64,000 bases of DNA, taken from positions 1 to 64,000 of IMG/VR virus record IMGVR_UViG_3300010397_000002; one strand, given 5' to 3'. Made by a program: the position numbers and the translations under genes. Origin of the DNA: a virus. A model generated the notes under the pieces. That model made no database searches. It worked only from the letters and a program-made list of their open reading frames with translations, and had not been told where the DNA came from. Every line of letters begins with the position of its first letter. The stretch's first letter is position 1. Of this stretch, positions 41,118-49,133 are shown piece after piece.

Positions 41118-42136
41118 TGTGGATAATACCAAGAAATCACCCAGAGTTATCTCGTTTTGCTCAGGAATCCGTGGAATCGAAAGAGGAATTGAGCAAGTTA
41201 TTGGTCCATTACGAATCGTGGCCCATGTGGAGATCGAAGCCATCATCATTGAAAACATGGTGTGTGAGATGGAAGCGGGTGCCGTGGCTCCAGCGCCTAT
41301 TTGGACGAATGCTCGAACCTTCCCATCGCATCTCTTTCGAGGCTGTGTTGACTGGATTGTGGGTGGATACCCCTGCCAGGGAGAATCACTTGCCGGAAAA
41401 AGAGAACTCGAAAATTATGCTGGATACCTTTGGCCGGCTATACGAGAAAGTATTCGCACAATTAAACCTATGGGATGTTTCTTCGAAAATGTCGACGACC
41501 ACCTCACAGGAACTTTCAAATACGTACTTGATGACTTACACCAAATGGGTTACTCAGTTGAGGCAGGAGTATTCTCAGCGGAAGAAGTTGGCGCGCCACA
41601 TGAGAGACAGCGAATATTCATCCTCGCTGTTCACAACTCCAGTCGCCACCGATTCAGTGAGGTTACAAGTAAAATGGGCGACTCCAACAACCAACAGATC
41701 AACTCGAGCAAGCGAAGGATATGGACAGAATTTAATCCAACAAGTAAAGTGGTCAACTCCTCAAAACAGAGATTATCGGTCTCCCGATTTGAATGGATCA
41801 GGCAACATGGAAAGGAAAAGATTACAGGGATGGACCGAGGACTTGAACAGTCAAGTAGTGAATTTGGGAACACCAACAACCCGGGATTGGAAGGACGGAA
41901 CGGCCCAGTCTGTAAAAAATGTACCACACAATGGACTACTCGGGAGAATGGACCATTCTCCCGAGTTCGTAAATGGCCAGCAACCGCAGGGCAAAATCAG
42001 TTTAAATGGGAACATCCAAGAACTATCTCGCGAGAGGCTGAATCCACTGTGGGTTTGTCAGCTAATGGGTTTCGATTTCGAGAAGACTTTCTTCGTGCAC
42101 TTGGAAATGCCTGTGTTCCCGATCAAGCCGAGTTAG
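41117..42136 (+). CDS. Alternative-frame partner (beta-type subunit) of the C5 methyltransferase
   Basis: 339 stop-free codons overlapping the MTase; repeated TP units (FTTPVATD, WATPTT, WSTPQNRDYRS, GTPTTRDWKDG) and motif IX-like RLNPLWVCQLMGF. Confidence 0.7.
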   Translation: MWIIPRNHPELSRFAQESVESKEELSKLLVHYESWPMWRSKPSSLKTWCVRWKRVPWLQRLFGRMLEPSHRISFEAVLTGLWVDTPARENHLPEKENSKIMLDTFGRLYEKVFAQLNLWDVSSKMSTTTSQELSNTYLMTYTKWVTQLRQEYSQRKKLARHMRDSEYSSSLFTTPVATDSVRLQVKWATPTTNRSTRASEGYGQNLIQQVKWSTPQNRDYRSPDLNGSGNMERKRLQGWTEDLNSQVVNLGTPTTRDWKDGTAQSVKNVPHNGLLGRMDHSPEFVNGQQPQGKISLNGNIQELSRERLNPLWVCQLMGFDFEKTFFVHLEMPVFPIKPS

Positions 42137-42165
42137 CGTTTAGAACTTTGGTACAGAAATTTTAA
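41119..42165 (+). CDS. DNA (cytosine-5) methyltransferase, alpha-type subunit
   Basis: Motif I SFCSGIRG, IV GGYPCQ, VI FENV, VIII HERQRIF, X LRALGNA; GTG start. Confidence 0.88.
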   Translation: MDNTKKSPRVISFCSGIRGIERGIEQVIGPLRIVAHVEIEAIIIENMVCEMEAGAVAPAPIWTNARTFPSHLFRGCVDWIVGGYPCQGESLAGKRELENYAGYLWPAIRESIRTIKPMGCFFENVDDHLTGTFKYVLDDLHQMGYSVEAGVFSAEEVGAPHERQRIFILAVHNSSRHRFSEVTSKMGDSNNQQINSSKRRIWTEFNPTSKVVNSSKQRLSVSRFEWIRQHGKEKITGMDRGLEQSSSEFGNTNNPGLEGRNGPVCKKCTTQWTTRENGPFSRVRKWPATAGQNQFKWEHPRTISREAESTVGLSANGFRFREDFLRALGNACVPDQAELAFRTLVQKF

Positions 42166-42347
42166 ACATTCACTTTCCCAAAATACCCGAAAGCACCAAC
42201 TGCCTTCAGCAACCATATCACCACCGCAACAATAACCACGATGTTTAATATCTGCTTTATTTTCCCATCCATCGGAATAAAGCTATTGATGCAGTACAAG
42301 ATCAGGCCCACTACGACCAGCACGATAACAATGGTAAGTAAGCTCAT
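42162..42347 (-). CDS. Small two-TM membrane protein (Thivi_2564-like)
   Basis: LLTIVIVLVVVGLILYCINSFIPMDGKIKQILNIVVIVAVVIWLL. Confidence 0.7.
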   Translation of the reverse strand: MSLLTIVIVLVVVGLILYCINSFIPMDGKIKQILNIVVIVAVVIWLLKAVGAFGYFGKVNV

Positions 42348-42463
42348 ATAATTTTCGTTTGTGGATATGAGCTAAATTATCGTGCCGATGGAATAATTTT
42401 AGAATAAAAAGTGGAATATTTTGACTGCAAAAAGTAACTAAGACTCACAAATCTGTACCATTT

Positions 42464-42501
42464 TAGTGTCCTGATAGTGTCCTGACCAAGCTTAGGACAC
42501 T
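42464..42501. repeat. AGTGTCCT repeat cluster, left
   Basis: TAGTGTCCTGA x2 + CCAAGCT + TAGGACACT. Confidence 0.8.
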
Positions 42502-42957
42502 TTAATTGTTTATTTCTGGCTTGTTCTTGCGGTATTTTGCTTTAATCTGATTATACAGATCAAGCCTCTCCTGCTTTTCTTCATCAGTAAGTCTTCTTCG
42601 GGTTCCCTTACTTATGGTCTGATAAAGTTTGATCATAAGTTTAGCTAATTCTTTATCCCTCTCAAGTTCATCTATAACCAGTTCAAGAAGCATTATTGCG
42701 CGCCGGTCCTGAGTATCATGCCAATAATAAAGTTTACCATCTTTCTCTTGAACTGACCTTGCTCCACCAAACATTTCGTACATAAAATCAACTTCCTCTT
42801 CATCCTCCGTCCTAATACGAACGAAAAACTTATACCCAACATATTCCCCAACAAACTTCTGTGAAGAGCCTATAAAAGCATAAGTTTCGACAATATCAGC
42901 AGCTTTTGAAATAGTAAAATCATCTACATCATTGAAAATAATTTTGATTTTTTTCAT
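42502..42957 (-). CDS. Degenerate single-domain LAGLIDADG-like protein
   Basis: Probable start MKKIKII at 42957; V-R-I-R-TED...MFGG...YYW...A..LL..V pattern of phage LAGLIDADG proteins, but the motif helix reads KAADIVETYAFI. Confidence 0.55.
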   Translation of the reverse strand: MKKIKIIFNDVDDFTISKAADIVETYAFIGSSQKFVGEYVGYKFFVRIRTEDEEEVDFMYEMFGGARSVQEKDGKLYYWHDTQDRRAIMLLELVIDELERDKELAKLMIKLYQTISKGTRRRLTDEEKQERLDLYNQIKAKYRKNKPEINN

Positions 42958-43081
42958 AAAAACAAAAAACCCATGCAGTCTAGTAAGTACCTGCACGGGC
43001 TTTAAAGATGGATATGGAGACCCGATCTTGATACCCCGCTTACTAGTTCGAAATAGCAAAATCATTACCGCATCAAAGGTA
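42958..43081 (-). promoter_or_regulatory. Promoter plus structured attenuator-like leader
   Basis: TACCTTTG -7 box; hairpin GCCCGTGCAG/CTGCATGGGT followed by a U-tract just before the ATG. Confidence 0.55.
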
Positions 43082-43123
43082 AAAAGATTATTAGATTTAC
43101 CAAATTTAAACACTCATTTATGG

Positions 43124-43310
43124 TAGTATCCTGAGTGTCCTGATAGTGTCCTGAAGTGTCCTAGGACACTCAAAATACAAGGTCTCTCTCTAGTGTCCTG
43201 CTTGTCCTAGTAGGTATAGGAATACCCTAGGACAGCAGGACACTAGGAGTATGCGGGTAGTAGGACGCTTAAAAAAAATAATATATTTTACTATTTGGTC
43301 AGGACACTAG
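43124..43310. repeat. AGTGTCCT/AGGACACT repeat and palindrome field (candidate origin or recombination site)
   Basis: About ten exact or degenerate copies, including the perfect palindrome AGTGTCCTAGGACACT (43155-43170) and an inverted repeat (43190-43210 with 43227-43246). Confidence 0.8.
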
Positions 43311-43329
43311 AATGCTATATTTTCGTTCC

Positions 43330-43599
43330 ATGCTAAACGAATCACAACTCAGAATCCTAAACCTACCTAACGTCCAAGAACTCATCAAGGCCCTGGACTG
43401 TGAAGTCCACGACTCAGGGGTTGAAACCAGAAGGAAAGTATCAAACCGTGTCGAAGATATTCTTGGTAAAATTCAGAAGTCAGAAACCAAACCCCGGATT
43501 CTATCGGAAGATGCTCCGGTAAACGACCCGTTCTCAGACAAAGCAGCATGGGTAGAAGCTCAGAAGTCCATTCACGGTGAAGGATGGTCCCCGTTTTAG
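43330..43599 (+). CDS. Hypothetical protein
   Basis: Probable start MLNESQ. Confidence 0.55.
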   Translation: MLNESQLRILNLPNVQELIKALDCEVHDSGVETRRKVSNRVEDILGKIQKSETKPRILSEDAPVNDPFSDKAAWVEAQKSIHGEGWSPF

Positions 43600-43919
43600 G
43601 AGATCGTTGCTCTAATGGGCTGTATTGAAGCCGAAATATTCTGTAAGGATGGGCGCTTGCGCCACCCGGTACCCCAGGCCCCGGTCGATCGATCATTGGG
43701 CAAGTCGGTTTTTCAGACCCGGGGGCCTCGAAAAAGAAAAAATATTTTTGCAAGCATTATGCTTATTGCTATATTTGAGCGGAAACAAAGCGTTTCTGTT
43801 GTTAGAGAGTAAAACAAACTCTAGTTTAATTGACAACGAGTGCAACAATAGAAAATTTGGCGGTATATGTCTCAAAATCAACACATTATTCCCATTCTGG
43901 TTCTATTTAACATAAGGTA

Positions 43920-44432
43920 ATGGCGCGCCGCGTCGTTAAGCCGATTGGACCATCAAATAATCGCTTAGAGGATTTCTTTTCAAAGAGTACAAGCGAAGTT
44001 CGTATAGCATTAGGTTTAATCTCAAGTATTCGCTTTCGCGATTCTATCTACCAACAATTTAAAATTAATCGGTCTGAGGTTTGGGCGCTTACTTCCTTAG
44101 AATCTTACCTTGCGGTTAACGATAAGGTTATAGTAAGTCAGCAAATGTTTATTGACCATTGTTCTGGCAACTTTCAGCAAAAGCGTAAGATTATGGGTTT
44201 TATGTCTGGTTTGCTGAAGAAAGGTTGTTTAGGCTCTTTCGAGTATGTTAATACCAAGGGTTCATTCTCCGTTGGCATTACAGATTTTGGTTTTACGGTC
44301 ATTAATGCGTATTACAATGATGTTAATGCATTGTTTGGCCGATACATTAAGATGCCAAAGATTAACAATCAAAGATCCATTGATATTACGACCAATATAC
44401 CGATTCGTTACCGCTCTTTAATGTGTGCATAA
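43920..44432 (+). CDS. Hypothetical protein, possible winged-helix
   Basis: 170 aa; GLLKKGCL...SVGITDFG resembles a wHTH wing. Confidence 0.5.
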   Translation: MARRVVKPIGPSNNRLEDFFSKSTSEVRIALGLISSIRFRDSIYQQFKINRSEVWALTSLESYLAVNDKVIVSQQMFIDHCSGNFQQKRKIMGFMSGLLKKGCLGSFEYVNTKGSFSVGITDFGFTVINAYYNDVNALFGRYIKMPKINNQRSIDITTNIPIRYRSLMCA

Positions 44433-44537
44433 TTTTGCTATTTTGTTCTTAAATAGTTAGTAAACACCATTCCATTCTCAAAAACTTTCTAACTCATTAT
44501 CAGCAACTTACATCTTTTTTCTTTAACAGCTATTGAC

Positions 44538-44557
44538 ATAGTAATATATATCACTAT
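44538..44557. promoter_or_regulatory. Operator-like palindrome, copy 4, overlapping the early promoter
   Basis: ATAGTAATATATATCACTAT between TTGACA and a TATGTTTA -7-like box. Confidence 0.65.
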
Positions 44558-44593
44558 GTTTACATAACAATTCGAAACAAAACGACTAAAGTT

Positions 44594-44815
44594 ATGCGAA
44601 CCTTAGATAAAATAATTACAAAAGTGAGCACTAAATATGGCGCTCCAATGGGTCGGGTAAATGTTGGTTCATTTCCTGATGATGTAAAAGTATTTGATTC
44701 AGCGGTGCCAATGCGTGGAACTTATGACAAAGGCGGCGCTTATTGGGGTTTAGGTACTCAGTTAAGAGTATCGTACACTAAAGACCTTTCATACATCAAT
44801 TTTTACAGGAAATGA
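44594..44815 (+). CDS. Small early protein
   Basis: KYGAPMGR...YDKGGAYWGLG motif. Confidence 0.7.
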   Translation: MRTLDKIITKVSTKYGAPMGRVNVGSFPDDVKVFDSAVPMRGTYDKGGAYWGLGTQLRVSYTKDLSYINFYRK

Positions 44816-44925
44816 AAAAAGCCACCCTTTTAATAATCGGCATATTGACTGTAATAGTTGCGGTTGCTTTATGCCCAAGGCCAATTGCGATGCGATCTTT
44901 AAATGTATTTAAAACGACTAAATAA
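44812..44925 (+). CDS. 37-aa membrane peptide (not in ORF track)
   Basis: MKKATLLIIGILTVIVAVALCPRPIAMRSLNVFKTTK*. Confidence 0.45.
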   Translation: MKKATLLIIGILTVIVAVALCPRPIAMRSLNVFKTTK

Positions 44926-44933
44926 TAACGACT

Positions 44934-45269
44934 ATGAAAACATTAACAAAAGACATGGTAAACTTTTCAATCAATTGTTTATCAGAATACGAGCCAATTA
45001 CTAAGTCTCTTTCATTTGAGACAACCGGTGCAGATCACTCTGAATACATACAAAAAGTACAACTTGACAACGGCGAAAACCCTTGGTTATGGTGTGCGGT
45101 TGAAGTGATTGCAGAGTTCAAAGGTATTCGTGGCGCGGCTTATTTAGGTGGCTGTGCATATGAAGATGAGCAAGGGTTTAAAGTTGGCGGCTATTATGAG
45201 CAAATGATTGATGAGGCTTTCGAGGAATTGAAGTCTAAAGTAGACGAAATAGTTAACGCCTTAAATTAA
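44934..45269 (+). CDS. Small acidic early protein
   Basis: NPWLWCAVEV...YLGGCAY...GGYYEQMIDEA. Confidence 0.65.
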   Translation: MKTLTKDMVNFSINCLSEYEPITKSLSFETTGADHSEYIQKVQLDNGENPWLWCAVEVIAEFKGIRGAAYLGGCAYEDEQGFKVGGYYEQMIDEAFEELKSKVDEIVNALN

Positions 45270-45275
45270 AAATTT

Positions 45276-45404
45276 ATGATAACCTTTAAACAAATGCCAT
45301 TATGCCCGAAATGTGGGTGTGCTATGGTAGGAGGTGCGCCTCATGGGCCTTGGCCTGTGCAGTATGAATGCCATTCATGCGGTCATATACTGATACCTAA
45401 ATAA
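45276..45404 (+). CDS. 42-aa Zn-ribbon peptide (not in ORF track)
   Basis: CPKCG...ECHSCG. Confidence 0.5.
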   Translation: MITFKQMPLCPKCGCAMVGGAPHGPWPVQYECHSCGHILIPK

Positions 45405-45542
45405 TCAAGATCATGAAACCCACCGAACAAATCTTATTCTTAACCAAAGACGCTGACATAATTTACGTGCCCTTCATTGGAGCGATTAAAAGCGTACTTG
45501 TTTTTGAGTATGTGAGTGTTAACAATTAAACGACTAAATATT

Positions 45543-45776
45543 ATGGAGATAACAACGGTAATTTTTTATAAAGAAGATGATGGGAGCATATTAGCGGTAT
45601 TCCCATACGAGCACAAAAGGATTCATGAAGTTGAATGTTATTCTTTTATCGGTCAGCATTCCAGTGCGGGTACTGAGTATTGCAACAAACTAAAGAAGGC
45701 AACTAAAAAAGAGTATGCTTCACTTAAAACAGAACTTGAAAGTAAGCCATATAATTACAAATTGAATGTTATTTAA
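45543..45776 (+). CDS. Small early protein
   Basis: Start at ATG 45543; LAVFPY...CYSFIGQHS...EYASLKTELE. Confidence 0.65.
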   Translation: MEITTVIFYKEDDGSILAVFPYEHKRIHEVECYSFIGQHSSAGTEYCNKLKKATKKEYASLKTELESKPYNYKLNVI

Positions 45777-45930
45777 AACATCTTAAAAGATCATGGAACT
45801 AAAAAAAGAAATAACTAGGCTTGCGAAACTAAAAGGCTATCCGCACATAAAATTGTCAGCGTTACAATATCTCGACATTCTTACTCAGGCGCATAAAAAT
45901 ATTTATAAAACCTCTTAAACGACTACTAAA

Positions 45931-46506
45931 ATGAAAACGACTATTAAAAAATCAATCACAATCAAGCAAGCTTTGAAAACTGCAAATGACGGCAAGAATC
46001 AAAGTATCAAACAAAAGTTTGTAGGTCAACATGTTTATTGCAATGTGGGTTCTCTCTGTGAATATGTTGTTAATAAGGGCTTTGAAGATCCAAACGCGCC
46101 TTTTACGTTGGATGATATTGAGAACTATTATTCTTATCCTGAATACAACGGAATTTCCGCAAGCTTTGACGGTGGCAGTGAAGATCAAAGAAATGAAGAA
46201 ATTGAACGTCTACGCGATTTAATTACAGATAATGATCATAAAAAAGAAATGTGTGATACAATTGAATCTGAAATTGAAGAACTTAAAAATCTCGAATCCG
46301 AACCGCAAGAAATATTTGAATGGTGGGCGGTATCTGAGTACTTATATGATAAGCTAAAAGATATGGGTCATTGTGTTGTAGACGCTGGAAGCTGTTACGT
46401 TTGGGGTAGATGCACAACCGGTCAAGCTATTTTACTAGATCATTGTATTAGTCAGATATGTGCTGACATGGGAATATTAGAGGGACAAGCTAACAGTTGG
46501 GCATAA
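45931..46506 (+). CDS. Early hypothetical protein
   Basis: EIFEWWAVS...VWGRCTTGQAI motif. Confidence 0.7.
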   Translation: MKTTIKKSITIKQALKTANDGKNQSIKQKFVGQHVYCNVGSLCEYVVNKGFEDPNAPFTLDDIENYYSYPEYNGISASFDGGSEDQRNEEIERLRDLITDNDHKKEMCDTIESEIEELKNLESEPQEIFEWWAVSEYLYDKLKDMGHCVVDAGSCYVWGRCTTGQAILLDHCISQICADMGILEGQANSWA

Positions 46507-46922
46507 TGAAACATCTATTTGTCCCCTACGAAATTGCAAGGCAATTAAAGGAAAAAGGATTTAATGAACCGTGTTTTTTAGTCTACCATGATAAAAAACT
46601 GGTTGCTATAAAAGATCATGTTTCGTCTAACTTTTTAATTCCAATAACAACAAATAAAGAGTTAGGTGTAAAAACATTTTGTGCCCCACTATACCAACAA
46701 GTAATAAATTGGTTTAGGGATACACACAAAATATACATGAGTATTTTCCCCGACTATAATTCTAAAGATGATTATAAAACATGTTGGGGGTTTAATATTG
46801 TCCAACTTGAATGGGGCGAAGATAAAGAACACCATCTAGCCAGTTATGACCGAGAATATGAGACCTTATACAACGAAGCACTAACCAAAGCAATCGAAGC
46901 AGCACTAAAACTCATCGCTTAA
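46506..46922 (+). CDS. Hypothetical phage protein
   Basis: MKHLFVPYEIARQLKEKGFNEPC...APLYQQVINWFR. Confidence 0.65.
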   Translation: MKHLFVPYEIARQLKEKGFNEPCFLVYHDKKLVAIKDHVSSNFLIPITTNKELGVKTFCAPLYQQVINWFRDTHKIYMSIFPDYNSKDDYKTCWGFNIVQLEWGEDKEHHLASYDREYETLYNEALTKAIEAALKLIA

Positions 46923-46936
46923 TTAACCTAAGCACT

Positions 46937-46975
46937 CCAGACCGGTTTTACTTAGTCGTTTGCCGGTCTGGTTTT
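46937..46975 (+). terminator. Terminator-like hairpin with a 17-nt loop antisense to the early leader box
   Basis: CCAGACCGG-TTTTACTTAGTCGTTTG-CCGGTCTGG-TTTT. Confidence 0.7.
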
Positions 46976-47010
46976 ATCTCAAATGACTTTATGCAAACTA
47001 AATTTGGATC

Positions 47011-48426
47011 ATGATACTGCATTACATAAATAACAAATTAATTGGAATTGCTAATGAAAATTTATTCTCGGTTAATCTTTTTGATTATCAGTTATTACAG
47101 CAAGACATCATACAAGAAATAGATAACTCTCGGTGGGTTGATAATCATATCTTAATTATAGATAACAAAAAACGATATGAGTTTACGCATAGAGAAGAAA
47201 AAATTTATCTAGGCGATGAACTTATAAGTAATGATTTTAGAGATTTATTTATATCTCTGATTAATCCTGAAATGTGTAGACTGAAAAACAGATTTAAAAC
47301 ATTTACGGATTAACCATCTTCAAAACCTTTCGGTGTATAGGCCAACCGTTGATTTAACTGCAAACTAAATTTAAAACAATGAAACCAACAACTAAAATCC
47401 TCAAAGTATTCACCACCTATTGGACTAAGCAAAGGTATGCACTAGTTCGTATCAATGGAGTTGGTGTATTTATTAAGCTAAACTTTTTAACTGCAAACTA
47501 ATTATGAAAACAATAGACTTACATAAAAATTACATCCTCATTCATAAATTTCGTTATCCAGATGAGCCCATGAAGCAATGGGTTGTAGAAGATGAAACAT
47601 CAATCGGGCAGTATCACAATGATTGGAATGAGTTGATGGAAGTAGTTGATAAGATTGAATCATTAGGTTATGATTCTGGTATTTGTGGCGTAGTAATTAA
47701 AAACGAAAAACTGACAGAGATACTATTTGCCCCACAAGTCAAAAGTAATACCATAGAGGTTCATACCAGGACAAGAAAATCAAAAATAATGGCTACGTAT
47801 GAAGCTGTTGTTATGTGGATAGAATTACATGGAGAAGAAATCCTTAGAGCAAACTAATTATGAAAACTGAACAACAAGTTTTATTCGAAGCAAAAGCAAT
47901 TTTATTTGGCCTATTAGTTAATAAGTCTGATAGTGAATTAACACTTGTTGAAGCTGAGATTTTAGAGGCTATTTCCAGGGATCACCAAATCCAAGAGAAA
48001 CTTAATCTCCCCAAAGATCAAGCTGAAATTGATCGAAGACTGAAAGAGCGAAACACAATCACAAAGCACAATAGCGAATTTCCTTTACCGCCTTACGAAT
48101 CGTATGAAAAAGAATAGACTCCCGCGCAAACTAAAAAAGAAAATTAAAAATCGTCCAAACTTTTTAATTAAGAAGCTGGCGAAAGAAAACGGGCATCTCA
48201 TTTAATCGACTCAAGAAAAATTATAAAGAACGGAAAGATGACCAACACCGAAAAAATAGACACCTTCTTCCATAAGCTTACAGAGGATGAGAAACATGAG
48301 TTAGTATGTCGAAGTGCAAACAGCCAATGGAATTGGCAAACTAATACTGTGATTTTGGGTTGGAGCTCTATGAAGCATTTAGAAAAATACCAAGAAATGT
48401 TAATCACTAAATATTACAACAAATGA
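47011..48426 (+). CDS. Small early genes (47011-47313, 47379-47501, 47504-47857, 47860-48117, 48238-48426)
   Basis: Consecutive ORFs, most preceded by GCAAACTAA. Confidence 0.6.
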
Positions 48427-49133
48427 AAGATGCAATTGGCGACCGAATGAAAAACTACTATGAAGATAGAACAAGATTCTCTCTCATTCGCAGATCATAC
48501 ACGATCATACGCATAGATGGCAAAGCATTTCACACCTACACAAAAGGACTGCAAAGACCTTTCGACGATCAGTTAATAAATGATATGGATCAAACCGCAT
48601 GCTTTCTTTGTAAAAACATTCAAGGTGCTAAGTTTGCATTTGTTCAGTCAGATGAGATTTCAATATTATTAACTGACTTTGAGGAATTAACTACTGATGC
48701 TTGGTTTGATGGTAACATTCAAAAAATGGTTAGTGTATCGGCCAGCTTGGCAACTGCAAGGTTTAATGAATTGCGACCTAGCAAACTAGCTTTTTTTGAT
48801 TCACGCGTATTTCAAATTCCAAGTAAAATTGAGGTAGAAAATTATTTCATTTGGCGCCAACAAGATACTGTTAGAAATAGCATTCAATCTACTGCTCAGT
48901 CAGTGTATTCACACAAAGAACTCGAAAATAAAACCACGGATCAGCAACAAGAGATGATCTTTCAGAAGGGTATAAACTGGAATGATTACGAACCAAAATA
49001 TAAAAGAGGGCGAATTATTCTTAAAGAAAATTATTTGAAAGAATATGCTATTAGAAGTCGTTGGATAAGTTCGGAGGCCCCCACATTCACCAAAGACAGG
49101 GAATTTTTATCAACTAAAATTCCTATCTTATGA
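48423..49133 (+). CDS. thg1: Thg1-like (tRNAHis guanylyltransferase family) 3'-5' nucleotidyltransferase
   Basis: IGDRMKNYYE, IRIDGKAFHTYT, QSDEISI, FDSRVF, WRQQD..RNS, GINWND. Confidence 0.9.
   Translation: MKDAIGDRMKNYYEDRTRFSLIRRSYTIIRIDGKAFHTYTKGLQRPFDDQLINDMDQTACFLCKNIQGAKFAFVQSDEISILLTDFEELTTDAWFDGNIQKMVSVSASLATARFNELRPSKLAFFDSRVFQIPSKIEVENYFIWRQQDTVRNSIQSTAQSVYSHKELENKTTDQQQEMIFQKGINWNDYEPKYKRGRIILKENYLKEYAIRSRWISSEAPTFTKDREFLSTKIPIL

Noticed and set aside
42464-43310. CRISPR array
   Set aside because: Repeats are 8-21 bp, in both orientations, without regular unique spacers or cas genes
43385-43915. Several overlapping ORFs across the GC-rich island
   Set aside because: Arise from local GC richness; no protein-like features
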